A DNA stretch of 64,000 bases from Vulcanimicrobiota bacterium (GTDB taxonomy: Bacteria; Vulcanimicrobiota; Vulcanimicrobiia; Vulcanimicrobiales; Vulcanimicrobiaceae). The DNA lies in the NCBI GenBank assembly GCA_963833095.1, contig CAWHWQ010000001.1, forward strand, positions 288,001 through 352,000, written 5' to 3'. Position numbers and translations under genes: made by a program. Under the pieces are notes generated by a model. That model did not search any database and had not been told where the DNA came from. It worked only from the letters and a program-made list of their open reading frames with translations. Positions 1-12,014 of this stretch are shown in pieces; position 1 is the first letter of the stretch; each line of letters opens with the position of its first letter.

Positions 1-2
1 AC

Positions 3-194
3 GAGCGCATTCTCGACGAGATCGACCTTGCGCCCAACGAGGCGATCTTCTTCTCCGACAACGAAGCCGAACTCGACGCAGCGCAAGAAGCCGGGGTGCA
101 GACCGTTCAGCTCGCGCGTCCCGAAGACCTGACCGTTCCGACGACGCGACATGCCTGCGTCGAATCGTTCGACGAAATCGAGGTGACCCGATGA
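3..194 (+). CDS. mtnC: Enolase-phosphatase E1 / acireductone synthase (HAD family), C-terminal fragment truncated by window edge
   Basis: Own translation of frame 3: ERILDEIDLAPNEAIFFSDNEAELDAAQEAGVQTVQLARP...HACVESFDEI*. It matches the MtnC FxSD..ELDAA..AG motif, and the stop overlaps the next ATG (ATGA). Confidence 0.75.
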   Translation, partial: ERILDEIDLAPNEAIFFSDNEAELDAAQEAGVQTVQLARPEDLTVPTTRHACVESFDEIEVTR

Positions 195-643
195 GTTCCC
201 CCAAGCAGTTCTACGAGGATTTTGAAGTCGGCGACGTGCGCGAGACCGGCCGCTATCGCATCACGCAAGAAGAGGGGCTGGCCTTCGCGCGTGCCTACGA
301 TCCGCAGCCCTTTCACCTCGACGAAAAAGCTGCTGAATCGAGCTTCTTTCGCAAGCTGGTGATCAGCGGCTGGCAAACCGCCGCGATCAGTATGCGCTTG
401 CTGGTCGATGCGCGCGCGAAGGAGGACAGCCCCCTCGTAGGCAGCGGCGTCGACGAATTGCGTTGGACGTTTCCTGTCGCGCCTGGTGACGAGCTGCGCG
501 TGCGCAGCGAGGTGATCGAAAAGACGCCGTGGCCGGGCGGCAAGCCGCGGGGGCTCGTACGTTTTCGCAATGAAACGCTTAACCAGGACGATGTGGTGGT
601 GCTGACCTACATCGCCAATACTATCGTTCCCAAGCGCGAGTAA
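191..643 (+). CDS. MaoC-family (hotdog) dehydratase
   Basis: FYEDFEVGD, YDPQPFHLD, ISGWQT, LRWTFPVAPGDEL motifs. Confidence 0.9.
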   Translation: MSSPKQFYEDFEVGDVRETGRYRITQEEGLAFARAYDPQPFHLDEKAAESSFFRKLVISGWQTAAISMRLLVDARAKEDSPLVGSGVDELRWTFPVAPGDELRVRSEVIEKTPWPGGKPRGLVRFRNETLNQDDVVVLTYIANTIVPKRE

Positions 644-2768
644 TTGACGCAATAACATCGTTCTGACGATCGATGCGATCGGCGAGCGAACGCACGACCA
701 CAGCGTGAAACAGCATGGCGGCGCGCGCGTCTGCCGCCTCGATTGCGTCGAGCCCATCGCGGGTGAGCGCATAGACGACGGCGGGCGTTTCGGCCACGAC
801 GGTCGCGTCGCGCGGCAGGTGCCGATAAAATCCCATCTCGCCGATGGTCGTTTGCGGCCCAAGACTCGCAACGCGGACCTGACCTTCGCCGATGATGACG
901 GCAAGACGCCCAGAATCGATAAAGAACATTCGGTCTGCGACGTCGCCTTGCGCGCACAGAACGTCGCCCGTCGCCAATTCGATGGGCTCGAGGCGATCGT
1001 AGATCAGTTGCGCAAGCGTCGCGCCGAACCGCGCCGCTAGCCATGCTGCGACGCCTGGTAGCGCGTCAGGAGACGAGTCATAAAGCTGCAACAGCTGCGC
1101 TTCGCAGAATTCGAGCGCCAGATCGCGATCGCCGAACGCGAGCGGACGAAGGTGCTCTTCAAGCGACGCATCCCAAAGCATCCGGACGCGCGACGACATT
1201 CCACAGATCATGAACTGCACTCGATCCGCGTCGATGTTACGCGCGAACTTGACGAAGGCCGCGGCGGCCGACGAATCCATGCCGGTCACGCCGCCGAAAT
1301 CGACCACGATCCACATCACGCCGTCGATCTCGCGCGTGCAAGCAAGAAGTTCCCGGTAAAGCCGATCGGCGATGCCGAAAAACACGAACCCGCGCAGGCG
1401 AAAGATCCGCACGCGCGCGCCGTACTCGGCGAGCACCTCGGATTCGCGCTGCGAACGCTGCAGGCTCGAGCGGATCACCGCTCCAGACCAACGATGCTCC
1501 ACGACGTCGACACGTCCGTAGCGCACCACGAATGTGATGCAGCCTACGGCAAGACCGACGACGATGCCCGGCACGAAGCCAAACCAGACGATCGCGAGGA
1601 CGATCGCCCAAATCGTTACGTAATCGCCGACCGATTGACCGTGGGCCGGCCGTAGCAGCCATCGATAGGCTACCCCGCCTCCAAGAGCCATCAATAGGCC
1701 GGCGGGTGCAAATAGCGGGACGAAATTGATGAGGCGCCAAGGGCCGATCAGCATCGCCGCGACCGCACCGAGTCCGACGATGACGCCGACCGAGCGATCG
1801 CGCACGCCGAGCTGGTGATTCATCGACGTCCGCGCAAACGAGACGTAAGCGACCATACCGCCGAACAGCGCCGAGCCGATGTTCGCCCAGCCGGTGAGAC
1901 CCAATTCGCGATCGAGATCGACGTCTTTCCCGGTGAGGAGCTCAAGCCCGGTCTCGTTGAACAGAAGCGTAACCGCCGACACGATGGCCACCACCAGCAT
2001 AGCGGGAACGCTCATAAACGTGGCGCGCACATCGATCGGGGCGTGCAACGACCATGCGAACCACGGTGCGGCGGCCGGCATATCGAAGAACCACCCGCTC
2101 GCGCGCAAGCCCGCGAGCGGCAAATGGAACGCGGCTACCACCACGAGCGCCGCAGCGATCGATCCAAGAAAGCTCGCCGGAACCGCAACTGCGCCGAACT
2201 TGCGCGAAAGCAACAGCAGTGCGGCGGCGAGCGCAAGCGCGAGCGCGAACTGCGCGAGCACGGGCTGCGCAGCAAGCGCGCCCAACCCTCCAAGCCCTAG
2301 CGAATGCCCGGTCAGCACGCGCACCGAGCCGAGCATCACGAGCACGCCGGATGCCGCGTTGAAGCCACCGATCATCGGCTCGGGAATGAAGCGGATAACT
2401 CGCGACGCGCGAGCGGTTCCAAACGCAATCAACACGACGCCGGTCAGCAACGTAGCCAGCGCGATGACGGTGAGCAGCGTCGCAATGCGCTGCGCCGGAG
2501 CGACGACGACGAGCGCAGAGGCCACGAGCACCAGTACCGCCGTTGGATTGTTGTCGGGGCCTGCCATGGCGATCGGAAACTTGCTGAAGACCGCAGCGAC
2601 GAGGCCTCCGACTGCAACCGCGATCAACGCGGAAAAGACGCCTATTCCAAACCCGGCCTGGAACTCGCCGGAGAAAATGAGCGCTGCGAACGAAAGCGCA
2701 TAGGCCAGCGCAAGCGCGATGGCAACGAGGGAATGAAGCCCCCGCTCTACGGGTGCTTGATTTTGCAA
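621..2768 (-). CDS. SulP/SLC26 anion transporter with STAS and C-terminal cyclic-nucleotide-binding domain
   Basis: Multiple TM segments with AGPDNNP; STAS (LRGFVFFG, DFGGVTGMDSSA); cNMP domain (IGEMGFY..PRDATVVA). Confidence 0.9.
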   Translation of the reverse strand: MQNQAPVERGLHSLVAIALALAYALSFAALIFSGEFQAGFGIGVFSALIAVAVGGLVAAVFSKFPIAMAGPDNNPTAVLVLVASALVVVAPAQRIATLLTVIALATLLTGVVLIAFGTARASRVIRFIPEPMIGGFNAASGVLVMLGSVRVLTGHSLGLGGLGALAAQPVLAQFALALALAAALLLLSRKFGAVAVPASFLGSIAAALVVVAAFHLPLAGLRASGWFFDMPAAAPWFAWSLHAPIDVRATFMSVPAMLVVAIVSAVTLLFNETGLELLTGKDVDLDRELGLTGWANIGSALFGGMVAYVSFARTSMNHQLGVRDRSVGVIVGLGAVAAMLIGPWRLINFVPLFAPAGLLMALGGGVAYRWLLRPAHGQSVGDYVTIWAIVLAIVWFGFVPGIVVGLAVGCITFVVRYGRVDVVEHRWSGAVIRSSLQRSQRESEVLAEYGARVRIFRLRGFVFFGIADRLYRELLACTREIDGVMWIVVDFGGVTGMDSSAAAAFVKFARNIDADRVQFMICGMSSRVRMLWDASLEEHLRPLAFGDRDLALEFCEAQLLQLYDSSPDALPGVAAWLAARFGATLAQLIYDRLEPIELATGDVLCAQGDVADRMFFIDSGRLAVIIGEGQVRVASLGPQTTIGEMGFYRHLPRDATVVAETPAVVYALTRDGLDAIEAADARAAMLFHAVVVRSLADRIDRQNDVIASITRAWER

Positions 2769-2848
2769 GGCGGTTTACTTCGTGAGCGAAACTTTGAATC
2801 TTCTGCGCGCGAACAAAGTATACCGTGGTTATTTAAATTGAGCGCTTC

Positions 2849-3826
2849 TTAATGCTCTGAGTCGATCGAGGCGTCGATGAGCGCGATTGCCTGCGCGCCA
2901 CGCTCTTCGTACGTTCCGCGCAACACCTCAAACCGATGCCCCATTTGCGCGAAAAGTTCGATCAGTCGTTCGTACATCCAGTAGCGCTTATGCTCGCCGT
3001 CGCGGATCTCGTCGGCGACGAACGGCACGTCGGGATAGGGAACCAAGTACAGGCAGATGCGCGAGGGAGGCAGCGGCCAGCGCGTCGGCACGCGATCGAG
3101 ATACCGCTCCGACCACACCATCGTCGCGAGTGCGTCCGTATCGCAAATCAATACGGGATTGGCGCGGCGCGCAGCATCGTCTTCGCGACGCTGCTGCTCG
3201 AATGCGATGTGCACGAACTCATCTTCGACCCACTGTCCCTGCAAGCCATTGCGCAACTTCTCGAGCGAGTACTCGCGACCGTATTCGGGAACCCAGACCG
3301 TATCGTAGTGCGCGGCAAGGCGCTCGCACAGCGTGCTCTTGCCGGTTGACTCCGATCCGACGACACAGACGCGCGGAACGTAGTGCGCCCGCACCGGTGG
3401 TTCGAGCCATTCGAGCATCGCGGCGGGGGCGCGGCGCACCATTGTCCCGGTAACCGGAACGAGTGCACGTTCGCGGTCGACGTCGAAGTGGCGCGCGCCA
3501 AGCGCCGCCGCCATCATCTCGCCGTAGTCTTCGGAAGTAAAGAGCACGTCCACTCGCTCGCTAAGGAATGCATGCACTCGAGCGGCTTCGCGCTCGGCAT
3601 CGTCCGGTGTAAGCCGTGGATAGTTAAACGTCGAAAGAACCCGCACGTCGACGCCTGGATGAATCTCGCGTAGCCACTCTGCGCGCACGTCCGACGGTAC
3701 GGTTTGCGCCTCGAAGTCAAAAAGTAGCACGATCAAACGATCGCACCGCGCGCGCGCCGTGTCGATCAACAAGGCGTGCCCGCGGTGCGGTGGGTCGAAT
3801 TTTCCGGCCACCAGGCCGGTGGTCAT
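2849..3826 (-). CDS. NadR-like nucleotidyltransferase / ribosylnicotinamide kinase (no HTH)
   Basis: [10 protein letters not shown] (HxGH) N-domain; Walker [20 protein letters not shown]. Confidence 0.85.
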   Translation of the reverse strand: MTTGLVAGKFDPPHRGHALLIDTARARCDRLIVLLFDFEAQTVPSDVRAEWLREIHPGVDVRVLSTFNYPRLTPDDAEREAARVHAFLSERVDVLFTSEDYGEMMAAALGARHFDVDRERALVPVTGTMVRRAPAAMLEWLEPPVRAHYVPRVCVVGSESTGKSTLCERLAAHYDTVWVPEYGREYSLEKLRNGLQGQWVEDEFVHIAFEQQRREDDAARRANPVLICDTDALATMVWSERYLDRVPTRWPLPPSRICLYLVPYPDVPFVADEIRDGEHKRYWMYERLIELFAQMGHRFEVLRGTYEERGAQAIALIDASIDSEH

Positions 3827-6321
3827 GCGTGGGCCGGTTCGCTCGGTTCCGACGGCAGTTCGATCGAAGGGATCTTCGAGAATTTCAGCTTCTCAGGATC
3901 ATCCGGATCGACGTCGGCGAGGACGTGATCGCCACCGACAAAGTTCCCTTTGAGCATCTCTTCGGCGAGTTCGTCTTCGACGTTGCGCTGAATCGCGCGG
4001 CGTAACGGACGCGCGCCGAACTGCGGATCCCAGCCTTTCTTGGCTAGGAGCGCTTTCGCCGCTTCGGTCACTTTGAGGTGCATATCTTGCGCGCGGACCT
4101 CGCGCAGAACTTTCTCGAGCTCGAGCCCGACGATCTCCTCGATCTGCGGCTTGGTAAGTTGATGGAAGACGACGACTTCGTCGACGCGGTTGAGGAACTC
4201 GGGACGGAAGGTGTGCTTGACCTCCTCGAGCACCTTGTTCTTCATCCGCTCGTAGCCCTTGGCTTCGTCTTCTTCGGTGCCTTTTTGCGGGCGGAACCCG
4301 ATGTCGGTCGTCGTCTGCATGCCGGCAGCGCCGACATTCGAGGTCATGATGATCACGGTATTTTTGAAGTCGACTTGGCGACCTTGCGAATCGGTCAGCC
4401 GGCCGTCGTCGAGCACTTGCAGCAACAAGTTGAAGACGTCGGGGTGCGCTTTCTCGATCTCGTCGAGTAATACGACCGAATACGGACGGCGACGGACGGC
4501 TTCGGTGAGCTGCCCGCCCTCTTCGTAGCCGACATATCCCGGAGGCGCGCCAACCAAACGCGACACCGAATACTTCTCCATGTACTCCGACATGTCGATG
4601 CGGATCATCGACTCTTCGTCGTCGAACATGAACTCCGCGAGCGAACGCGCGACTTCGGTCTTGCCGACGCCGGTCGGACCAAGGAAGAGGAACGAACCGA
4701 TCGGACGATTCGGGTTCTTGAGCCCCGCGCGCGAGCGGCGGATGGCACGGGTAATCACGTTGATTCCTTCGTCTTGACCAACGATCCGCTCGTGCAGCTT
4801 CGCGCCCATGTTGAGCAGCTTCTCGGTTTCCGCCTGCGCAAGACGGCTGACCGGAATCCTGGTCCACGCCGCGACGATCTCGGCGACGTTTTCGCTCGTG
4901 ACCTGAAGCGGCTTGTCGGCGTTGCGCGCCTTCTTCTCTTGCCACTCCTGTTCGAGGCGCGACTTCTCGAGACGCAGCTTCTCCTCGCGATCGCGAACCG
5001 AAGCGGCCTTTTCGAACTCTTGGTTCTTGACGACCGATTCTTTCTCAGCGATGACGCGACGCAGTTGCGCATCGACTTCGCGAATCTCGGGCGGCGGTAG
5101 CGTTGCTTGCAAGCGCACGCGCGAGCTCGCCTCGTCGATCAGATCGACGGCCTTGTCGGGCAAGAAGCGATCGGTGATGTAGCGATCGGCCAGCTTGGCT
5201 GCCGCAGCCAGGGCCTCGTCGGTGATCTGCACCTTATGGTGCGCCTCGTAGCGGTCGCGCAGCCCCATCAAGATTTCGACGGTCTCTTCGACCGACGGCT
5301 CGCCGACCATGACCGGCTGAAAGCGCCGTTCGAGCGCGGAGTCTTTTTCGATGTGCTTGCGAAATTCGTTGAGCGTCGTCGCACCGATGCACTGCAGCTC
5401 GCCGCGCGCCAGGGCCGGTTTGATGATATTACTCGCGTCGATCGCGCCCTCGGCAGCGCCCGCACCGACTAGCGTGTGCAGCTCGTCGATGAAAAGGATG
5501 ATCTCGCCCGCTGCGCCGCGGATCTCATCCATGACGCGCTTCATGCGCTCTTCGAACTCGCCGCGGTACTTCGTACCTGCAACTAGCCCGGCAAGATCGA
5601 GTGTGATAACGCGCTTGTCGCGCAGGGGATCGGGGATGTCACCCTTGATCACGCGCTGCGCAAGACCCTCGGCAATCGCCGTCTTGCCGACGCCGGGTTC
5701 ACCGATGAGCGCGGGATTATTCTTAGTGCGTCGCGAGAGAATCTGAATGACGCGTTCGATTTCGTTGCTGCGTCCGATCACGGGGTCGAGTTTGTTCTCC
5801 CGCGCGAGCTGCGTGAGATCGCGTCCGTAGGCATCCAGCGTCGGCGTCTTACTCTTGCCTTTGGGTGCGGGCGGCTGACCTTCCGCGCCGAGCAGCGAGG
5901 TCGTTTGCACGCGCACCTTCGCGGGATCGACGCCGAGGTTGGTGAGCACGCGCGCAGCAACGCCTTCGCCTTCGCGGATCAAGCCGAGCAGCAAATGCTC
6001 CGTACCGATGTAATTGTGATTGAGTTGACGCGCTTCTTCGAAGGCAAGCTCAATGACGCGCTTTGCGCGCGGCGTGAAGACCATCTCCTGCTGCACGGTT
6101 TGGCCGCCGCGACCGACGATGGCCTCGACCTCTTGGCGCACCTTGGCGAGATTGACGCCAAGGGACTCGAGGACTTTTGCAGCGAGGCTTTCGCCTTCGG
6201 AAATAATGCCGAGCAGAATGTGCTCGGTTCCGATGTAGTTGTTCCCGAGGCGCTGCGCTTCTTCTTGAGCGAGCACGATGCTGCGTCTCGCACGCTCGGT
6301 GAACGGTTCCCACATTGACAT
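3823..6321 (-). CDS. clpC: ATP-dependent Clp protease ATP-binding subunit ClpC
   Basis: Two Clp-N repeats, GEPGVGKT and GPTGVGKT Walker A motifs, UVR coiled coil. Start placed at ATG 6321, downstream of a GGAGGG SD. Confidence 0.95.
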   Translation of the reverse strand: MSMWEPFTERARRSIVLAQEEAQRLGNNYIGTEHILLGIISEGESLAAKVLESLGVNLAKVRQEVEAIVGRGGQTVQQEMVFTPRAKRVIELAFEEARQLNHNYIGTEHLLLGLIREGEGVAARVLTNLGVDPAKVRVQTTSLLGAEGQPPAPKGKSKTPTLDAYGRDLTQLARENKLDPVIGRSNEIERVIQILSRRTKNNPALIGEPGVGKTAIAEGLAQRVIKGDIPDPLRDKRVITLDLAGLVAGTKYRGEFEERMKRVMDEIRGAAGEIILFIDELHTLVGAGAAEGAIDASNIIKPALARGELQCIGATTLNEFRKHIEKDSALERRFQPVMVGEPSVEETVEILMGLRDRYEAHHKVQITDEALAAAAKLADRYITDRFLPDKAVDLIDEASSRVRLQATLPPPEIREVDAQLRRVIAEKESVVKNQEFEKAASVRDREEKLRLEKSRLEQEWQEKKARNADKPLQVTSENVAEIVAAWTRIPVSRLAQAETEKLLNMGAKLHERIVGQDEGINVITRAIRRSRAGLKNPNRPIGSFLFLGPTGVGKTEVARSLAEFMFDDEESMIRIDMSEYMEKYSVSRLVGAPPGYVGYEEGGQLTEAVRRRPYSVVLLDEIEKAHPDVFNLLLQVLDDGRLTDSQGRQVDFKNTVIIMTSNVGAAGMQTTTDIGFRPQKGTEEDEAKGYERMKNKVLEEVKHTFRPEFLNRVDEVVVFHQLTKPQIEEIVGLELEKVLREVRAQDMHLKVTEAAKALLAKKGWDPQFGARPLRRAIQRNVEDELAEEMLKGNFVGGDHVLADVDPDDPEKLKFSKIPSIELPSEPSEPAHA

Positions 6322-6482
6322 TGCTTGGCTCTTCCCTCCGAAGACTGTGCCTTGCGCCCCGCGCAAGTATTTTACTCTAACGCTACCCAGGTCAGGTGGG
6401 TTTCGTGACGCTCTTTACTCTTTTGTATCAGGCGGTACGCCACCGCATCGCCAAGGGCCTCGGGTGAGTTAAGATAGTAGCC

Positions 6483-6794
6483 ATGCCAACCAGCGATCAA
6501 ATTCGTACCGCCTTAGCCGAAGTCAAGGATCCCGAACTGAATCTGGGCATCCTGGAGCTTGGGCTTGTCTACGACGTAAGCGTTGAAGGGGATGCCGGCG
6601 AGCACGCGACCGTCGTCATGACCCTCACCTCACCTATGTGCCCGGTGGGCCCCATGTTCAAGAAGTCCGTCGAGGATCACGTCCTGGCCGTTGAGGGAGT
6701 CAAGACCGCCACGGTAGACATCACCTTCTCGCCGCCCTGGGACCCAGTGACCATGGCCTCTGACGACGTAAAGGCCGCCTTGGGTATATGGTGA
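6483..6794 (+). CDS. Metal-sulfur cluster assembly factor (DUF59/SufT/PaaD-like)
   Basis: DPELNLGILELGLVY, MTLTSPMCP, PPW motifs. Confidence 0.9.
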   Translation: MPTSDQIRTALAEVKDPELNLGILELGLVYDVSVEGDAGEHATVVMTLTSPMCPVGPMFKKSVEDHVLAVEGVKTATVDITFSPPWDPVTMASDDVKAALGIW

Positions 6795-6821
6795 GCCCGA
6801 GCGAAGCCGCGCGACTTTAGC

Positions 6822-7322
6822 CTACTGAGCCGTTCCGATAATTGCAAAGGTGCCGGTGCCGTGGGCGATCAGTTTGCCGTCGGGGCTGAGGACCCGGCCT
6901 TCAGCGGTGGCGAAGTTGGCCCCGACGTGAACCGCGCTTGCTTCGGCGGTCATGCTTCTCGCCCGTCCGGCAGCAGCGGACGCACCATGTGCACGTGCAA
7001 GTCGACCGTCGTGGCCATCCGGTCTTGCGGCAAACGGGTCTGCACGGCGAGCGTCAGGACCGTATCGAGCAGCGTTGACGTGAAGCCGCCGTGCACGACG
7101 CCGGCTGGATTGCCCGTCCACTCATGTGTCGGGCATGGAGAACGTCACGCGTCCCGGCTCGGCCGTCTCGAAGACGAAGCCGAACGCACTAGCCAGCGGC
7201 GGTGGAGGCGCCTCACCTGTGATGATGCTTTGCATCCACTCTAAATGCGGCTTTCCGGCCATCGCACGCGCGAGTTCGCGCGGGTCGGACCAAGTGAACG
7301 AGTACTCGCGCAGGGTATCCAT
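6822..7322 (-). CDS. PaaI-family thioesterase (frameshifted in this sequence)
   Basis: Fragments in different frames give PPLASAFGF..GRVTF, NPAGVVHGGFTSTLLDT and AEGRVLSPDGKLIAHGTGTF. Confidence 0.75.
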
Positions 7323-7334
7323 CCTAGTCTCCTT

Positions 7335-8198
7335 TTAAGCGGGTGCCGGCGCTTGCAGTGCGAGCGCGTCGCGCGCGATCGGCCACATGGCGGGGCCATT
7401 TGCCGATCGAAAAAATCCCATGTGCCCGACAACGCTTGCACCATAATCCCGCGGATCGATCCTGCGGATCTCCGCCGTCGTGCCGGAGAACGCCGATGCG
7501 AGGCCCTCGATCGCGGACCGCGTCGCCCAGCGGTCGTCGGTCAGCTCGAGCATACAGATCGCCATGGTAGGAGGCCCCGTTGCGCAAGGAGTCGAGGGTT
7601 CGGTCGTCCAGAAAGTAGCGCGGCTGCAGCACCCACTTGCGCCACTCGAGGGCAATACCGCGCGCAAGATCCTCGCCGAAACCGATTCGCGAACCGGGCA
7701 AATAGCCGACGCTCGCGGTCACGACCGGAACGATGAACTTCATCAACGCGTAGATACGGTAGTTGTCGGGAAACCGGCAGTTGCCCCAATAGCCCAAAAA
7801 CGATGCGACGGTGAGCGCGCGTGACACTTCGCCGTTGTTCGGCGCGATAAGCAGCGCGTGACCGCCATAGCGAATGTCCAACCAGGTGGAGCGCAAGCTG
7901 CGGATAACGGCCGCGGATCCATGCGATCACACCCGGCGAGTCGCGCTCGCCCCAATCGCGCATGCGCGCATCGCTGCGCGAAAGTTGCTGCGCGCTCTCG
8001 CCCGATCCGCGGTAATCGTAGGTCACCGTAACGGCACCGCAGCCGGCAAGGTACGAGGCGAAGCGCGCGATAGTAGCCGCGCGGCATCGCGGTTGCACCG
8101 CTCACGATCACCGCTGCGCTGGCTTCTCCCAGCGGTTCAAAGAGCGTCGCGCGAAGCGGCAGGCCATCGAGGGCGCCAATTTCAACGTCGCACTTCAT
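7335..8198 (-). CDS. Predicted alpha/beta hydrolase (COG4757-like), frameshifted
   Basis: Fragments DGLPLRATLF, ATAMPRGYY, TYDYRGSGES, MRDWGERD, VGHS, GEDLARG, GHMGFFR spread over several frames. Confidence 0.75.
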
Positions 8199-8209
8199 CA
8201 GCCTCGCGC

Positions 8210-8802
8210 TCACGGCAGCACGCGCTCCTCGAGCCAGGCACGCAGTCCAGCGCAAACGTTGCGAGAGTGCGTACGCGAGCGCATTCCGCGCGCGAGCAGA
8301 ACGGCACCTTCGAGCGACGCCACGATAAAGTCGGAGGCTTGTTCGATATCGGTGCGCGCGTCGATTTCTCGCGCAAGCACGCCGCGCTCGACGTTCCGGC
8401 GTACGATGCCGCGCATCGCACCGAACGCCTTGGACACGCGCTCGCGCAAGAACGGCAGCGCATCGTCGGCCTCGACGCAGGCGTTGATCACCGGACATCC
8501 GCCGTCGATGACCGGCCGCTCGCAATAATGTTCGAAGGCGTCGACATAGGCGCGCAAGGCGCGCCAGGCCCGGACTCGCGCCACCCAGCGCCTTGCCGAA
8601 ATACTCGACGACCTGCGCGTATGCGAAATCGAAGGTCTCGACCGCAAGCTCTTCTTTGCTCGCAAAGTGGTTGTAGAGTCCGCCTTTCTCAAGCGACGTC
8701 GCTTCAAGGATGTCGGCGATCGACGTCCCCGCAAAACCGCGCCGGTTGAACATCGGCGCGGCCGACGCGAGGATCGCCGGCGCGGCGCTTCGAACCTTTC
8801 AT
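8210..8802 (-). CDS. TetR/AcrR-family regulator, frameshifted
   Basis: FNRRGFAGTSIADIL..LEKGGLYNHFASKEEL HTH; GGCPVIN and LEGAVLLAR in the C-domain. Confidence 0.8.
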
Positions 8803-8805
8803 AAA

Positions 8806-8823
8806 ACAGACCGTTCGGTCTGT
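8806..8823. promoter_or_regulatory. Palindromic operator, probably for the adjacent TetR
   Basis: Perfect inverted repeat ACAGACCG-TT-CGGTCTGT, 3 nt from the TetR ATG, between divergent tetR and MFS genes. Confidence 0.7.
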
Positions 8824-8860
8824 AACCAAAGCGATCCTTGAGGGCGTTCCTACAGCGATA

Positions 8861-10425
8861 ATGCAGTCACCCCGAAGCCACTGGTTGAATACGGCGCTGC
8901 GCCGCTGGCTGATCGTCGTCGGCGTCATGTCCGCGACGCTGCTTGCAAGTGCTCGACGCGACGATCGTCAACGTCGCGCTGCCGACGATTCAGGGCAACA
9001 TGGGCGCAAACTTCGACGAAGGCGCATGGATCGTCACTGCCTACATCATCGCAGCGGTCATCGTCATTCCGCTCACGCCGTGGCTTCAGCAAGTCTTCGG
9101 CCGGCGCAATTACTACGTCGCGGCGATCGTCGGCTTCACGATCACGTCGATGCTGTGCGGCACTCGACCTCGCTCGACGAGCTGATCTTCTTTCGCGTGC
9201 TCCAAGGCCTGTGCGGCGGCGGCCTGATCGCGACCGGTCAAGCGATCATGCGCGACACGTTCCCCGCCAAGCAGCTCGGCTTGAGCCAAGCGCTCACCTC
9301 GATCGGCGCGATCGTCGGTCCCTCGATCGGCCCGACGCTCGGCGGCATGCTCACCGACGCGCTCTCTTGGAACTGGATCTTCTACATCAACATCGTTCCG
9401 GGCATCGTCGCGGCCATTCTCTGCGCGATGCTGCTGCGCGATCCGCAGCGCAAAGGCGCCCGAGTCGCCTCGACGGCGTGGGCCTCGCCTTCATGGCGAT
9501 CGGCCTGGGCTGCCTCCAATACGTCCTGGACGAAGGCGAACGCTACGACTGGTTCGGCGATCGAACATCACGATCATGGCCGTGCGTCGCTGTCGCGGCG
9601 CTCGCGGCGTTCGCCTATTGGGAGCTACGAGTCGTCAAGAATCCGATCGTCGATCATCGCGGATTCTGCTGCACAAATCGCATCGTTGCCGCCGGGTGCC
9701 TGTGGCTCGCGATGCTGCTGGCGTTTCAGCTTTTCGGCAGCGTCATCCTCGCTCCGCAATTTCAGCAGTCCTGCTCAATTTCACCGCGACGCTTTCGGGG
9801 CTCTCGATTCTGACGCCGCGCGCTCGGCATCATGGTGATGACGCTCGTGACGCTGAGTCTTATGAACCGCTTCAAGATCACGCCCGCCGATTCTGCTTGG
9901 CTACCGGTTTCATGATCGTCGCGATCGCCAACTTTCAGACGGCCGCGCGTATTCACCACCGACAGCGTCTTCGGAACGTTCGTCTTTCCGCTGGTCTTCG
10001 GCGGCATCGGTTTCGGCATGATCTTCGTGCCGCTCTCGGTCGCGGTGCTCTCGTCGGTACAAGGGTCCGACACGCAGAAGGCAACGTCGCTGATCAGCCT
10101 GTGCCAGCAGCTCGGCGGCTCGATCGCAACCGCGGTCCTCGTGACGTTGCTCGACCGGCGCGGCGCGTTGCATCTCGACACGCTCGCCGGCATCGATCAA
10201 CCTCGCAGAGCCCTGCCGTGCAAGCACGCGCTGCAAGCGCACGCGCCGCTCAGCGCGATGGCCGGGATCGTGTCAAGCAACAGGCCGCCACCATGGCCTT
10301 CGCCGACGCCTTCTACTTCTTAGGTGTCGTCACGCTCGTCCTTTCGCCGCTGGTGCTCCTGCTGCGTCCGCCCAAGCGGTGCGGCCGCCGGCCCGCAGCG
10401 CGCATGCACATTGCCGATAGAATAA
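8861..10425 (+). CDS. DHA2 (EmrB/QacA) MFS efflux permease, heavily frameshifted; end approximate
   Basis: [62 protein letters not shown] in successive frames. Confidence 0.8.
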
Positions 10426-10436
10426 CTCGTCGCGCC

Positions 10437-12014
10437 ATGCGGCTGAGGACGCACGAAGAAACGCAGTACCGTGGAGCTCGCCGCAAAAACGCGAGCTGGC
10501 GCAGGCGCCGGCCGGCGCGGAAGCGATCGACAAGCAGCACGAGCGCGGCAAGCGAACCGCGCGCGAACGCATCGAGGCGCTGGTCGACGAGGGCTCGTTT
10601 ACCGAGCTCGACCGTTTCGTCGTGCACCGCACCAACGCGTTCGGCATGGACGAGAAAGAGTTTCTCGGCGACGGCGTCATCACCGGCCGCGCGACGATCG
10701 ACGGCCGCCAGGTCTTTCTCTTCTCGCAAGATTTCACCGTGCTCGGCGGATCGCTGGGCGAAGCGTTACGCCGAGAAGATCTGCAAGGTGATGGATCTCG
10801 CGGTTCGCACCGGCTCGCCGATGATCGGCATCAACGACTCGGGCGGCGCGCGCATTCAAGAGGGCGTCGTTTCGCTGGGCGGCTACGCGGAGATCTTTTG
10901 GCGCAACGTGCAGGCCAGCGGCGTGATTCCGCAAATCAGCTTGATCGCCGGTCCGTGCGCGGGCGGCGCGGTGTATTCGCCGGCGATCACCGACTTCATC
11001 ATCATGACCGAGAAGATCTCGCAGATGTTCATCACCGGCCCCGAGATCATCAAGACGGTGACCGGCGAGGACGTCACGTTCGAAGCAGCTCGGCGGCGCG
11101 ATGACGCACGCCACGAGGAGCGGCGTCGCGCACCTCGTCGCTGCCGACGAAGACGATCTGGTCGAGCGTCACGCGACTCGCTCTTTTCGTTCGTTCCGCA
11201 GAACAATCTCGAGGATCCGCCGCGCTCCGCTTGCGACGACGACCCGCATCGCGCGAATCACCGAGCGCTCGACGACGTCGTTCCCGACTCGCCGAACAAG
11301 CCGTACGACATGCATGCAGGTCGTCGAAGCGCGTGCTCGACTACGGCGACTTCTTCGAGATCCAGCCGCTCTTCGCGCAGAACATCCTCTGCGGGTTCGG
11401 CCGCGTCGACGGGCGCAGCGATCGGCGTCGTCGCCAATCAGCCCAGCGTGCTGGCGGGCGTGCTCGATATCGACGTCGTCGATCAAAGCCGCGCGCTTCG
11501 TGCGCTTTTGCGACGCGTTCAACATTCCGCTGGTCACGTTCGTCGACGTCCCCGGCTTCTTGCCCGGCACCGAACAAGAGTACGGCGGCATCATCCTGCA
11601 CGGCGCGAAGCTGCTCTACGCGTTCGCCGAAGCGACGGTTCCGAAGATCACCGTCATCACGCGCAAGGCCTACGGCGGCGCGTACGACGTCATGGCCAGC
11701 AAACACATCCGCGCCGACTACAACGTCGCGTGGCCGACGGCCGAAATCGCGGTGATGGGCGCCGAAGGCGCGGTGAAGACGATCTTCCGCCGCGAGATCG
11801 CCGCCGCCGGAAGACCCGGATGCGAAGATGAAAGAACTGGTCGACGACTACGTCGAGCGGTTCGCCAATCCGTACATCGCGGCGCAGCGCGGCTACGTCG
11901 ACGACGTCATCGAAGCGCACCGTACGCGCGGCGCCATCGCGACGGCGCTGGACGATGCTTGCGAACAAACGCGTCGAACGCCCGCGCCGCAAACACGGCA
12001 ACATCCCGCTGTAG
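10437..12014 (+). CDS. pccB: Acyl-CoA (propionyl-CoA-type) carboxylase carboxyltransferase beta subunit, heavily frameshifted; start approximate
   Basis: [68 protein letters not shown], and C-terminal RKHGNIPL*. Confidence 0.85.

Noticed and set aside
6371..6421. TTTACTCT direct repeat upstream of clpC as a heat-shock operator
   Set aside because: Only 8 bp, and it matches neither CtsR nor CIRCE consensus.
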